A DNA stretch of 64,000 nt, from assembly GCA_963790915.1 (NCBI GenBank), contig CAWBQS010000003.1, positions 856,304 through 920,303 on the forward strand, written 5' to 3'. Origin of the DNA: an uncultured Chloroflexia bacterium. Its GTDB lineage: Bacteria; Chloroflexota; Limnocylindria; Limnocylindrales; CSP1-4. The notes beneath the pieces were generated by a model. It worked only from the letters and a program-made list of their open reading frames with translations. It did not search any database and was not told the origin of the DNA. Positions 31,186 to 41,071 of the stretch are shown here, piece by piece; position 1 is the first letter of the stretch, and every line of letters begins with the position of its first letter. The position numbers and the translations under genes were made by a program.

Positions 31186-31970
31186 CGTGGCCGCCGCCAC
31201 AGCGTCATGTCGAGGTCGGGCAGCAGGGCCGCCAGTCGATCGTTCTCCGGCGCGTAGCGTCGCGCCAGCTCCTCGAGCTGCCACGTGCTCAGCGTGGACA
31301 CCGGTCCCGGCGAGGCGTGGAGGCGCCGGTCGGTGTCCAGGTCGGCGGGGACCTCCGACGTGAGCCCGAGGAACTCGAAGGTCCGCGCCAGCTGCGCGGG
31401 GATGTCTGCGGCGCAGCGTTCGACCTGCAGCACCAGTACCTGCTCGCGCGGGAAGGCTCGCCAGAGGCGCACCAGCTGGTCCGCGTAGAGGCCGCGGTTG
31501 AATGCCGCATTGGCCGCGGCACGCGGCGTGGCGCGGCTGGTGGAGCGGTCGTCGTCCGCCGAGCGCTCGCGGTGGAAGCGCTCCACGGGGTCGCGCAGGA
31601 GCACCAGCAGGCGGGCCTCGGGGGCCGCCTGGCGCAGCAGGCCCGGCGTCCAGGGGTGGAGCATGTACTCCGGCGTCCACTCGCCGCTGACCCGGTCGGG
31701 CGGACGCGCGAAGGACGCGTGGTAGCGGTCCACGTCCGTGGCGCCGAGGCCGGCCTGCCAGCGATCGTCGAAGAAGTGCAGCCCGCCGGGCGTGCCGGCT
31801 TGCCTGAAGACCCGAGGGTGCTGCCCGATGAGCGCGTGCCACCAGGACGTGCCCGAGTGGGCGGCGCCGACACCGACATAGTCGGGTGGGCCGGGCCGCA
31901 GGTCCTCCGCCACCGCAACGCTGGCGGTCGCCGGGGCCTCGCTGGGTCTGGAAGGCCGGGCGGACTGCAT
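31182..31970 (-). CDS. Sulfotransferase family protein (degenerate PAPS loop)
   Basis: GVGAAHSGTSW, LHFFD, GEWTPEY, LRDPVER. Confidence 0.82.
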   Translation of the reverse strand: MQSARPSRPSEAPATASVAVAEDLRPGPPDYVGVGAAHSGTSWWHALIGQHPRVFRQAGTPGGLHFFDDRWQAGLGATDVDRYHASFARPPDRVSGEWTPEYMLHPWTPGLLRQAAPEARLLVLLRDPVERFHRERSADDDRSTSRATPRAAANAAFNRGLYADQLVRLWRAFPREQVLVLQVERCAADIPAQLARTFEFLGLTSEVPADLDTDRRLHASPGPVSTLSTWQLEELARRYAPENDRLAALLPDLDMTLWRRPR

Positions 31971-31993
31971 CGGCCAGATGATAGGGGGCCGGC

Positions 31994-32668
31994 TCAGGTG
32001 CGGCGGTCCTCGATCTCCCAGGCGTGGTCGATGGCGTGCCATGCGGCGCGGGCCGCGTAGTAGCGCGCCGGCCAGGGATGCTTCGCGCGGCTTGGGTGCT
32101 CCAGCGGCAGGCCCAGGGCGCGTGCCCGCAGCGCCGCCAGGGCTTCACGGCGCACCGCCGCCACCGCCGCTGCCGGGTCTGCTGGGCCCTCCGCGCTCGC
32201 AGGCGCCGGCCTGGCTGCGCCGAGGGCGACCAGGTAGGCGGCGTCCGCCCCGTTCACGTGATCGACGATGCGCCCCACGTCACGGCCGCCGCCGCGCGGT
32301 CCCAGGCGCAGAGGCACCCCCTCCGCGTCGGCGGCGGCGCGGTCGATGGCCGCCCAGGCCGCCGAGAGGATGGCTGCCAGTCGCTCGGCGTCGTCGATGT
32401 CGAGGGGTTCCAGGTCGGCCGCGCGGATCTGCCCGGGCACGCCGAAGTCAGTGCTCGCGTCTCCCTCGAGCCGCTCGGCGATCTCGAAGGGTGGATCGTC
32501 CGCTGCGCGCAGGAAGGGGATGCCAGCGGCGGCCAGGACCGCGGCGTAGCGGGGCGCATAGGCCGCCAGGGCGTCGAGCGCGGCCTCCTCCGTGCGACCG
32601 GAGCGGCACCAGCCCGGCCATGCCAGCGCCGCCGCGAAGGTGCGGCGGCGTCCGATCTCCAGGGCCAC
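31994..32668 (-). CDS. Conserved hypothetical protein (DinB-like C-terminus)
   Basis: AALAWPGWCRSG, GPRGGGRD, AAWHAIDHAWEIED; start uncertain. Confidence 0.7.
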   Translation of the reverse strand: MALEIGRRRTFAAALAWPGWCRSGRTEEAALDALAAYAPRYAAVLAAAGIPFLRAADDPPFEIAERLEGDASTDFGVPGQIRAADLEPLDIDDAERLAAILSAAWAAIDRAAADAEGVPLRLGPRGGGRDVGRIVDHVNGADAAYLVALGAARPAPASAEGPADPAAAVAAVRREALAALRARALGLPLEHPSRAKHPWPARYYAARAAWHAIDHAWEIEDRRT

Positions 32669-32701
32669 GGCTTCGGTCAGGGCGACCTCCCGGACATGAA
32701 A

Positions 32702-32733
32702 GAACGGCCCGCCCCCGGAGGGGCGGGCCGTTC
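32702..32733. terminator. Intrinsic terminator after Flp pilin
   Basis: GAACGGCCCGCCCC-CGGA-GGGGCGGGCCGTTC, T-rich tail on the minus strand. Confidence 0.7.
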
Positions 32734-32753
32734 GCTTCGGCTCTTGCGAGGCC

Positions 32754-32927
32754 CTACAGGGCGGCGCCGATCTGGGAGAGGATGTCGCTGATGGCGCCAC
32801 CGAGGAAGATCAGGGCGGCGATCGCGGCGATGGCGATGAGCGCGAGGATCAGCGCGTACTCGGCCAGGCCCTGGCCCTCTTCGCTGTCGCGGATCTCGAG
32901 GTACCGGCGAATCATGTTCTCGACCAT
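32754..32927 (-). CDS. Flp family type IVb pilin
   Basis: EEGQGLAEYALILALIAI motif; RBS GGAGG. Confidence 0.92.
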   Translation of the reverse strand: MVENMIRRYLEIRDSEEGQGLAEYALILALIAIAAIAALIFLGGAISDILSQIGAAL

Positions 32928-33259
32928 GTGGATGGTCCTCCGTCTGATTGTGGCGCCCGCATGTGCGGCACGCCGGTGATGGATGAATGCGCTCAGGGTC
33001 CGAGCCGGAGCCCCTTGCACGGCGGATGCTACATCCCCACCGCCGGATGTCTCCCACGGACTCTGGTCGTCTCCGATCGGTGTCCGCGGTGAGGCCGATG
33101 ATGTGCGCACGCTCGGGGCGCCACAATGGCACCTCTGGGGGATGTGGCACGGGACCATCCACCCGCGTGGTCCTGTGCCGTGCGCTGCGCTGCGGGTCGC
33201 TCCGGGTGGCTGGGGAGCGGTCTCTGTGGGCGCCGCGCGGGGCTGTCGCCCGGCCTTGC

Positions 33260-33460
33260 CTAGCCGCCCACGATGGCCCGGTCGACGCCCTCGCCGACGA
33301 GGGTCACGAAGTCCGCGACGGTGTCACCGAAGACGACGAAGGCCACGACCACGAGGATCGTGGCCAGGACCACGATGGCTACGTAGTCGAGGTGCAGGTC
33401 GTCAGGTGCGCCGGCCCTGAGCAGGCGTTCGAGCGAGCTGGCCGGGGGCGGCAGTCCCAT
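33260..33460 (-). CDS. Divergent Flp-pilin-like small membrane protein
   Basis: LDYVAIVVLATILVVVAFVVFGDTV; lacks the canonical GQ..EY. Confidence 0.5.
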   Translation of the reverse strand: MGLPPPASSLERLLRAGAPDDLHLDYVAIVVLATILVVVAFVVFGDTVADFVTLVGEGVDRAIVGG

Positions 33461-33474
33461 GGTCCCCTCGGCGG

Positions 33475-33870
33475 CTACTCGCCGATGACCGACCAGATGA
33501 AGCCCATGAAGATGAAGATGCCGGCGAAGAGGCCGATGAGTGCCGGGACGCCGACCGTGTTGACCTCCAGGCCGAGGTTGGCCAGCAGCGCCATGGCCAG
33601 CACCCAGGCCACGATGAGTGCGCCGAAGAGGTACTTGGCGTTGACGCTGGTGACGGCGGCCACCCAGCGCGAGCGCCGGCGCTCGGGCACGATCAGCACG
33701 ATCATGATGAGGCTGACCAGGAAGGCGCCCAGGACGACGCCGCCGGCAAAGCCGATGAAGCGGCTGGCCTCGAACTCCGTCCGGAAGGCGCCGTAGAGCG
33801 AGACGACGACCACGCCGAGCAGGACGACGGCGAGGACGTAGCCCAAGATGCGCAGTCGGTCCCAGGTCAT
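33475..33870 (-). CDS. Hypothetical four-TM membrane protein
   Basis: Hydrophobic 131-aa ORF with coding-like codon use. Confidence 0.7.
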   Translation of the reverse strand: MTWDRLRILGYVLAVVLLGVVVVSLYGAFRTEFEASRFIGFAGGVVLGAFLVSLIMIVLIVPERRRSRWVAAVTSVNAKYLFGALIVAWVLAMALLANLGLEVNTVGVPALIGLFAGIFIFMGFIWSVIGE

Positions 33871-33949
33871 GGCGCCCGGAGTCTAGCAAACGCCCGCGCG
33901 GCGGGGAACCACCTCAGGCGCGCAGGACCCCGGCGCGTGCGCGCCGGGT

Positions 33950-34010
33950 CCGCGATCCGTGCCGCGACCTCCGTGCCGCGACCTCCGTGCTGCGACCTCC
34001 GTGCCCGCGA
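33950..34010. repeat. 14-bp tandem repeat (about 4 units)
   Basis: CCGTGCCGCGACCT units at 33957, 33971, 33985, 33999. Confidence 0.8.
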
Positions 34011-34102
34011 GGGATGCTCGCTAGGGATGCCCGCCACGCCAGTCCGGGGAGCGGTGATGCAGGACCCGGCTCCGGGAGGGAGACGCCGAGTCCGCCGGAC
34101 TG

Positions 34103-34369
34103 TCAGGGCCCGATGATGTCGCTGACGATGTCCCCGAAGCTGGACCCGATGGGGCTCATCAGGACGCCCAGGAGCTGCTGCCCGAAGAAGGCCAGGGCCC
34201 CGATGACGGCGATGGCGATGAGCGCGAGGATGAGGGCATACTCGGCCAGGCCCTGCCCGGCCTCGGAGGATCCTCCCGCGACGTGATCCTTGACCCATCG
34301 CTGGAGCCGGGACCACATCTGCTGGGCGCCCTCCACCGCCGACCGCGCCATGGTAGTGATGGTATCCAT
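34103..34369 (-). CDS. Flp family type IVb pilin
   Basis: EAGQGLAEYALILALIAIAVI. Confidence 0.9.
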   Translation of the reverse strand: MDTITTMARSAVEGAQQMWSRLQRWVKDHVAGGSSEAGQGLAEYALILALIAIAVIGALAFFGQQLLGVLMSPIGSSFGDIVSDIIGP

Positions 34370-34801
34370 CAGCGTGTCTCCGATGGTGGACGAGCCGTCA
34401 GCGACCCCCTGCCTCCCGGCGTTCTGCACTGGGCCCGGCGGGTGCCGGAAGCCGACGGATCGTCGGAGTCGGCGCCATGGATGATGGAACGGATAGCTGG
34501 GCGCCGCCCACGGGGACTGCCGGCTGGCAGGGTCGGGGCCCGGCTCGACGGTGCCCCGCGATCGTCTTCGGTTCGTCCTCTTGTGAGGATGGTATTCCGC
34601 CCGACCCCCCGTACGGCACCTGGCCACCTGGGGCTCGAACGGCGCCACCATAGCGCCTGCCCACCAGGCTGGGAATGGGACTGATTGCCCAGAGGGGTCG
34701 GTGTGCCGCGGCACCGAATGGCGGCTCCTTCGCGCTGCTGAGAGCGGGGCGCTCGGGCGCCGGGGGTATCATCGCCAGCCAGACAGGGAGTGACCGTGCA
34801 C

Positions 34802-36328
34802 ATGACCGACGCCCAGGACGCCTGGGTCAACCCGCGAGATCCGGCCCTGGCGCTGGGACCCGATGGCCGTCCGGCTCGCAGCCGACGGGCCCCCTTCTAC
34901 GCGGATGTCCCGGACGAGCAGTGGGACGACTGGCGCTGGCAGCTCTCCAACCGCGTCAACGACCTGGAGACCTTCGCCCGCATCCTGCAGCTCAGCGACG
35001 AGGAGCGCGAGGGCCTGGGCGCCCCGGACAAGTTCCGCGTGGACATCACGCCCTACTTCCTCGGCCTCATCGACCCGGCGGACCCAAGCGATCCGATCCG
35101 CCGCCAGGTCCTGCCCCTCGGCCGCGAGCAGCAGGCCTTCACGGCCATGATGGAGGACTCCCTCGCGGAGGACCGCCATTCACCGGTGCCCGGCCTTGTG
35201 CACCGCTACCCGGATCGCGTGCTCATGCTCGTCACCACGCAGTGCGCCTCCTACTGCCGCTACTGCACGCGCTCGCGCATCGTGGGCGACGCCACCCAGA
35301 ACTTCAACAGCCGCGACTTCGAGGCCCAGCTCGACTATCTGCGCCGCACGCCCCAGGTGCGCGATGTGCTGCTCTCCGGGGGTGATCCGCTGACCATCGC
35401 GCCGAAGCTCCTGGAGCGTGTCATCCGGGGCCTGCGAGAGATCCCCCATATCGAGATCGTGCGCATCGGTACGCGCGTGCCGGTCTTCCTGCCGCAGCGC
35501 GTGGACGACGAGCTCTGCGACATGCTCGCCCGGTACCACCCGTTGTGGATGAACCTGCACTTCAACCACCCCAACGAGATCACGCCGGAGGTCTCGCGCG
35601 CGGTCGACCGCCTGACGCGGACCGGCATCCCCATCGGCAACCAGTCGGTGCTCCTGGCCGGCGTCAACGACTGCGTGCACATCCAGCGGGCCCTGGTCCA
35701 CCGACTGGTGGAGAACCGCATCCGGCCCTACTACCTCTACCAGTGCGACCTGGTGGAGGGCTCCGGCCACTTCCGCACCCCGGTGGGCAAGGGCCTCGAG
35801 ATCATCGAGGGCCTGCGCGGCCACACCAGCGGCTACGCGGTGCCCACCTACGTGGTGGATGCGCCGGGCGGTGGCGGCAAGATCCCGGTCATGCCCAACT
35901 ACCTCATCAGCTACTCCGACCACAAGGTCGTGCTGCGCAACTACGAGGGCTACATCACGACCTACGAGGAGCCGCCCGACTACGAGCCCCACCAGCGCGC
36001 GAGCTGCACCTACTGCCGCTCGGAGCGCTCGGAGCCGGGCCAGGGCGGCGTGCACGGCCTGCTGCAGGGCGACGCCATGTGGATCGAACCCTCCGGGTTC
36101 GCGGAGCTCCACGCGCGCGGCAACCACGAGCAACACCGGCTGCAGGCACCCGGCAAGTGGGTGCCCTACGGGGTCGGTGCCATCGAGGGCACGTCCGGCC
36201 TGGCGCTGCCGACCCTGGGCGCCGGTCCCGCTGAAGGCGCGGTCGAGCATCCGGCCTACGGCCCGGGTGAGGAGCCACGCCCGCGGGAGGGTGAGCCCAC
36301 AGCCGCCGCCCACGGGGAGCTGCTGTAG
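34802..36328 (+). CDS. kamA: Lysine 2,3-aminomutase (KamA family radical SAM)
   Basis: HRYPDR, CASYCRYCTR, SGGDPL, DAPGGGGKIP. Confidence 0.9.
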   Translation: MTDAQDAWVNPRDPALALGPDGRPARSRRAPFYADVPDEQWDDWRWQLSNRVNDLETFARILQLSDEEREGLGAPDKFRVDITPYFLGLIDPADPSDPIRRQVLPLGREQQAFTAMMEDSLAEDRHSPVPGLVHRYPDRVLMLVTTQCASYCRYCTRSRIVGDATQNFNSRDFEAQLDYLRRTPQVRDVLLSGGDPLTIAPKLLERVIRGLREIPHIEIVRIGTRVPVFLPQRVDDELCDMLARYHPLWMNLHFNHPNEITPEVSRAVDRLTRTGIPIGNQSVLLAGVNDCVHIQRALVHRLVENRIRPYYLYQCDLVEGSGHFRTPVGKGLEIIEGLRGHTSGYAVPTYVVDAPGGGGKIPVMPNYLISYSDHKVVLRNYEGYITTYEEPPDYEPHQRASCTYCRSERSEPGQGGVHGLLQGDAMWIEPSGFAELHARGNHEQHRLQAPGKWVPYGVGAIEGTSGLALPTLGAGPAEGAVEHPAYGPGEEPRPREGEPTAAAHGELL

Positions 36329-36333
36329 GACCA

Positions 36334-36822
36334 GTGGGCATCCTGCGGCGTCTGCTGGGCGGATCGGGGAGCAGCAGCGGGGCAGGTCCCGCCGAGCCAC
36401 TGCCGGGCGCGGACGATGCCGAATGGCGCGTCGCTCACGAGGCCACCTTCGACGCCTCGGCCGACCGTCAGCGCGTCACGGTCTGGCTGCGTCTCATCGA
36501 TCCGACCTTCGAGCGTGGGCGGGAGCAGCAGCGCGTCTTCGCCCTGGAGGACTCGCTCATGCGGGTCCTGGATGCCTCGGGCGCCGGCGAGCACGATTCC
36601 AACTCGCTCGAGGCCGGCTATCTCGCCATCCGCCTCGTGGGCGATGATGCCGCGGCCATCGTGACCGCCATCCGACCGCTCCTCACCGACGTGCCCGGCG
36701 GCAGCTACCTGGCGGTGCGCAGCGGCCCCGCGGGCAGTGGCGAGGACCGCGTCGAACTGGCCTCCGACACCGCGCAGACCCCGTACGCACCGGAGGAGCG
36801 GCCGCCGATCGACGGGTCATGA
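36334..36822 (+). CDS. Hypothetical protein
   Basis: 162-aa ORF closely following kamA. Confidence 0.65.
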   Translation: MGILRRLLGGSGSSSGAGPAEPLPGADDAEWRVAHEATFDASADRQRVTVWLRLIDPTFERGREQQRVFALEDSLMRVLDASGAGEHDSNSLEAGYLAIRLVGDDAAAIVTAIRPLLTDVPGGSYLAVRSGPAGSGEDRVELASDTAQTPYAPEERPPIDGS

Positions 36823-37110
36823 GCGAACCGGGGGGACACAGCGGCCTGGGCATGGCCGTCGGCGCTGACGGCGCCATCCTGGAGGGGTCGGAGGGGCCGG
36901 GTCTGCCCGGGCTGGCCGCGGACGGGCCTCCCGGCAGATCCCCGGACGCGGCTCCGAGCACGGCCGCGCTGCCGGACGGCATTCCCGTGGCAGGCGGCTC
37001 GCAGCCGGCGACTTCTGAGGGCCTCTGGCGAAACCACGACTTCCGGGTCGTCCTGGTCGGGCAGGGCATCTCCGCGGTCGGTGACGCGGTCACCTACACC
37101 GCCCTGCCTG
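36819..37110 (+). pseudogene. N-terminal fragment of an MFS transporter
   Basis: LWRNHDFRVVLVGQGISAVGDAVTYTALP then abrupt loss of similarity. Confidence 0.6.
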
Positions 37111-37132
37111 GCGGCCGTGTTAGCCTGCCGGC

Positions 37133-37621
37133 GTGTTGCTGCGAGCACCGAGTGGGCTGCCACCGGCCGACCTGGCGCCGCCGGTCGTGGCGATCGCCGG
37201 CGACCCCTTCGCCGAGCTGCGCGTCGTCCACCTGCTGGCGCGCGTCCCGCGCGGATCGCCGGTGCGACTGCGCGACATCGTCGAGCGCCTGGAGGTCGAG
37301 CACATCGACTGGTCCTTCTCGCGGGCCGTCGTCCTGGCCGCCGCGGTGCAGCTGCAGGCCAACTGGCGGGCCGACCTCCGCAGCAACGACGGCCTCATCC
37401 TGCAGGATGGTTCGGCCGGCCCGGAGGTCGATTACTGAGCAACTGCGGCGACTCCGCAGCAACGACGGCCTCATCCTGCAGATGGTTCGGCCGGCCCGGA
37501 GGTGGTCCTCGAGGACACCGGCCGCATGGACGCCTGGCTGGTGCGCCAGGTGGAGCGGCGCCGCGAGGCCTGCCAGGACGCCCTGCGCCGTTTCGCGCTC
37601 GCGGACGGGACCCCTGCCTGA
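37133..37621 (+). CDS. Hypothetical protein interrupted by a ~65-bp internal duplication
   Basis: GDPFAELRVVHLLAR...QLQANW; segment 37360-37428 repeated imperfectly at 37440-37503. Confidence 0.55.
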
Positions 37622-37642
37622 GCGCAAGCCTGAGCGCAAGAC

Positions 37643-38698
37643 TCAGCGGGGCCCCAGCACCTCGTAGATCGCCTCCACGACCTCCAGGCTGGGCGCCAGC
37701 GGCGCCTGCCAGCGGCTGGTGAGGAAGGCACAGGCAAAGCCAGCGTCGGGGTCGATCCAGATGCGGCAGCCGGAGATACCGCCATGGGTGATGGTCCGCG
37801 CCGAGCCGGGCCAGCCCGGCTGGGGCTTGCGCCAGCCGAGGCCCTGGAGGATCTCGTGGACCGAGCCGTCCTCCGCGATGTGCTCCAGGCCTTCAGCCTG
37901 GAGCCGGCCCATCTCGTCGATGGCCGGCTGGCGCAGGACCCGCGGGCCGCTCGTCGGCCCGGGCGCGGGCAGCAGGGCCCGCCCCAGTCGGAGCAGGTCG
38001 GCGAGGCTGCCGAAGAGCCCGCCACCAGGCAGGTGGGAGCGCGCCAGGTAGCGCAGCAGGACGGCCTGCACGATGCGGTTCTCCAGGTAGCCGCCGACGA
38101 CAGGCTCGAGGCGTGCCCGCATGGGTCGCGGGTCGAAGGTCGTGGACGTCATGCCCAGCGGCCCGGTGAGCCGCCGTGCCAGCACATCCGGGAAGGGTCG
38201 ACCGTCGAGGCGGGCCATGGCCTCCGAGAGGAGGACCCAGGGCGCTGACACGTACTCGTAGCGGCTCCCCGGTGGGAATGACGGCCGACTGGCGGCCACG
38301 GACCTCAGCGTCGCCGCATAGCCGGGCTGGCGGCGCTTCAGGCGTTCGACGGGGATGTCCGGCAGGCCGGACGTGTGGGTCAGGATGTGCCAGGCGCTCA
38401 CGCTGCCCGCACCGCCCGGGTCCAGCTCCTCCACGTAGCGCGCCAGAGGGGCGTGCAGATCCAGCCGCTCCTCCTCGACGACCTGCATGACCGTCGTGGC
38501 GACGATCGCCTTGCTGACCGAGGCGAGGAAGAAGACCGTATCGGCGTCAAGGTGGCGACCGGGCCGCGGCACCACGTGACTCACCGTCCGCCCGGCGGCG
38601 TCCACGAGGCCGAAGGCGACACAGGGCAACGTCCCGTCGGCCACGTGGCGTGCGGCCACGTCACGAGCCGGGCCGAGGTCAAGGGCCGCGACGTCCAT
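37643..38698 (-). CDS. Serine hydrolase, beta-lactamase class C-like
   Basis: ASVSK (SxxK), LTHTSG, YEYVS, HGG. Confidence 0.88.
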   Translation of the reverse strand: MDVAALDLGPARDVAARHVADGTLPCVAFGLVDAAGRTVSHVVPRPGRHLDADTVFFLASVSKAIVATTVMQVVEEERLDLHAPLARYVEELDPGGAGSVSAWHILTHTSGLPDIPVERLKRRQPGYAATLRSVAASRPSFPPGSRYEYVSAPWVLLSEAMARLDGRPFPDVLARRLTGPLGMTSTTFDPRPMRARLEPVVGGYLENRIVQAVLLRYLARSHLPGGGLFGSLADLLRLGRALLPAPGPTSGPRVLRQPAIDEMGRLQAEGLEHIAEDGSVHEILQGLGWRKPQPGWPGSARTITHGGISGCRIWIDPDAGFACAFLTSRWQAPLAPSLEVVEAIYEVLGPR

Positions 38699-38834
38699 CT
38701 CTTCGCCGATCGCTCCATCGGCGTCGGCTTTGCCGTCCGTGGGCACCCCGGCGGCGCGGTTCAGCGGCACCGGATCCCAGGCGTGGCGATCGAACGGCCT
38801 GCGACAGCGCTCATGGGGACCGATGATAGGGGTC

Positions 38835-39173
38835 GTGACCCGCGACCAGTACGTACGCCAGGTCCGCCAGCTCCTGGCCGAGGGCGAACGACTCCAGGCG
38901 CGGCCATCGCTGGCGGCGCTGCGCACGTGGATCGCCGTCTCCGACGAGCTCCTTCGCGCGGCCTGGGGAGCCATGGACCGCTACCACCTCTCGTGGCTCA
39001 TGGTCGGGCGTCCCGGTGGTGCGGTGCGTGGCCGCGCCATGACGGCCGATGAAGAGGCCGACTACGTTCGCGAGGTCGCGGCCGCCAAGTCGGCCGCCCT
39101 GCGCATGAGCCTGCGGGCCGTAGAGGAAGATGCCCTGCCCTTCGTGGGGGAGGACGTGACCCTGCGCGACTGA
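38835..39173 (+). CDS. Hypothetical protein
   Basis: TRDQYVRQV...AWGAMDRYHLSWLMVG; coding-like codon use. Confidence 0.65.
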   Translation: MTRDQYVRQVRQLLAEGERLQARPSLAALRTWIAVSDELLRAAWGAMDRYHLSWLMVGRPGGAVRGRAMTADEEADYVREVAAAKSAALRMSLRAVEEDALPFVGEDVTLRD

Positions 39174-39234
39174 GGGCCGCAGGACGGCACGATCGCCCGA
39201 TGCGGCGGTCAGCCGTCTCGTTCGGCCGGCTCGT

Positions 39235-39741
39235 TCAGCGGCCCCGACGTGCCGATGGCCAGGCCACCCAGGCCGCCACGCCCACGGAGAGGACGAGGCC
39301 AAGGACCTCCACGGGCCCGGCTTGCGGCGCCAGCCAGTCGAGGAAGGGCGTGGCAACGATGCGCTCCGCGAGCGTGCGCGACGAGGCCGGCAGTGTCGCC
39401 ATGGCCAGCAGCCAGGAGGCAACGAGGCCCGCCAGCCAGGCCAGCCCGGCGAGTGTCGGCGCCCACCAGCCGGGTGCACCGGCCTGGCGCAGCAGCACGC
39501 CGATGGCCCAAGCGGCCACGGTCATGGCCGCCAGCGCGAAGACGCCCAGCCCCAGGATGCTGTGCAGGGCGACCCAGGCACCCGCCGCCGCGAGGGCGAT
39601 GAGCACCGCATACAGGAACGCGCCCCGGAGGGAAGGCGCGGGTCGTGGCCGTCGATGCTGCGGCTCGGTCTGCCATCCGCGAGCGGTCGTGGTGCCGGAC
39701 GGTCGGCGCTCGCCTGGCTGCTGGGCGGGGGGTTCGGCCAT
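39235..39741 (-). CDS. Hypothetical membrane protein
   Basis: Four hydrophobic segments. Confidence 0.6.
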   Translation of the reverse strand: MAEPPAQQPGERRPSGTTTARGWQTEPQHRRPRPAPSLRGAFLYAVLIALAAAGAWVALHSILGLGVFALAAMTVAAWAIGVLLRQAGAPGWWAPTLAGLAWLAGLVASWLLAMATLPASSRTLAERIVATPFLDWLAPQAGPVEVLGLVLSVGVAAWVAWPSARRGR

Positions 39742-39813
39742 GACGTCACTCTAGCCGGGCAGGGGCCTGGCACACCGTGACGCAGGCTCGGCAGCGGTAG
39801 ACTGGGCGCGTCG

Positions 39814-40317
39814 ATGTCGCACCCTGCCCTCGGACTGCCGCCCTCGGACCCCACCGCCGGGCATCCGGCCGTCGCGGCCCGCCTGCGTGCCGCCGCCGAG
39901 CGCCTGCCGGACCTGGCGCTGCAGGCCGCCCTGCGCCTGGACCCCACGCTGCGCAGGCGCCACGACGACCTCATGCTGCGGCGTTTCCTGCGCGACTACG
40001 AGCGTCATGTGGAGCAGCTGGCGTGCGCCGTGGCCACGGGTGAGGATCGCTTCGTGACGGTCTACGGCGAGATGCTCGTGCCTGCCTATCGCCGCCGCAG
40101 CGTGCGCATGAACGACGTCGTGACCCTGCTGCGCGGTCTCGAGGAGGCGGCCGTGGCTCTCGGGCCGGCCGCCGATGCCGACGCTATCCGGGCGCCCATG
40201 GACGCCTGGGTGGAGCGCGTGCGCCGCCACCGGCGCCTTGCCGGGGACCATGCCGGCAACCCCGTGGCGCGCTTCTTCTGGAAGGCCGCCGGCCTGGGCG
40301 ACGACACGGTCGTCTGA
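39814..40317 (+). CDS. Hypothetical protein, possible globin/phycobiliprotein-like helical fold
   Basis: RRFLRDYERHVEQLACAVATGEDRF pattern. Confidence 0.6.
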   Translation: MSHPALGLPPSDPTAGHPAVAARLRAAAERLPDLALQAALRLDPTLRRRHDDLMLRRFLRDYERHVEQLACAVATGEDRFVTVYGEMLVPAYRRRSVRMNDVVTLLRGLEEAAVALGPAADADAIRAPMDAWVERVRRHRRLAGDHAGNPVARFFWKAAGLGDDTVV

Positions 40318-40643
40318 TGACCATCAAGTGGGTCAAGTCGGACCCGTTGGTGATGAACGGCGAGCCCTTCTGCTATGGCACGCGCCTGACGGTGCGCAAT
40401 CTCCTGGAGATGCGCGCGCAGGGCCGGAGCCCGGCCGACATGCTGGCCGAGCACCCGGAGCTGCGCACGGTCGGCATCGCGGAGGCCTTCCGCTATGCCA
40501 CGCAGCACGCCGACCGCTATGCCACGCTGCTGGGCGCGGATGGCGCCCTGCAGGGCCCGGGCTTCACCGCCGACCAGCTGGCGTTGCTGCCCGCTCACCT
40601 GCGCGTGGTGCCCGGCATGGCCGACGGAGACGCGGCCGCATAG
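40317..40643 (+). CDS. DUF433 domain protein
   Basis: DPLVMNGEPFCYGTRLTVRNLL...EHPEL...AFRYA. Confidence 0.85.
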   Translation: MTIKWVKSDPLVMNGEPFCYGTRLTVRNLLEMRAQGRSPADMLAEHPELRTVGIAEAFRYATQHADRYATLLGADGALQGPGFTADQLALLPAHLRVVPGMADGDAAA

Positions 40644-40720
40644 GGCTGCCACTGCAGGATCCGCTGCGGCTGGTCCGTTCGCAGGGTCTCATGGCCGACC
40701 GTTGTACGATGCGCGCCACG

Positions 40721-41071
40721 ATGTCTGACCCCACGCTCTCCCAGGATGCCCTCGGGCCGACCATCGCCGCTGGCACGCCGGTCTTCGACCCCGTGGCCCG
40801 CGCGCGGGAGCTGGCGGTCCTCGATGCGTTGCGTGCCGTCGTGGACCCGGAGATCGGGATGAACGTCGTCGAATTGGCGCTCATCAGGCAGGTCATCCTC
40901 GGAGACGAGCTGACCGAGATCCGGATGATCCTCACCACGCCCTTCTGTCCCTACGCCGGGTCCATGATCCAGCAGGTGAAGGACGCCGCCGAGGAGGCCG
41001 AGGGCCACGAGGTCAAGGTCACGCTGCTCGCCGAGCGCTGGGATCCGCGGGACGCCGGCCTGACCTGGTGA
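40721..41071 (+). CDS. Metal-sulfur cluster assembly factor (SufT/DUF59)
   Basis: ALRAVVDPEIGMNVVELALI, LTTPFCP. Confidence 0.9.
   Translation: MSDPTLSQDALGPTIAAGTPVFDPVARARELAVLDALRAVVDPEIGMNVVELALIRQVILGDELTEIRMILTTPFCPYAGSMIQQVKDAAEEAEGHEVKVTLLAERWDPRDAGLTW

Noticed and set aside
33950-34010. CRISPR array
   Set aside because: Contiguous 14-bp units with no spacers and no cas genes
34500-34620. c-di-GMP-II riboswitch upstream of the Flp pilin
   Set aside because: Only short GGGCAC/GAGC matches; pairing not supportable by eye
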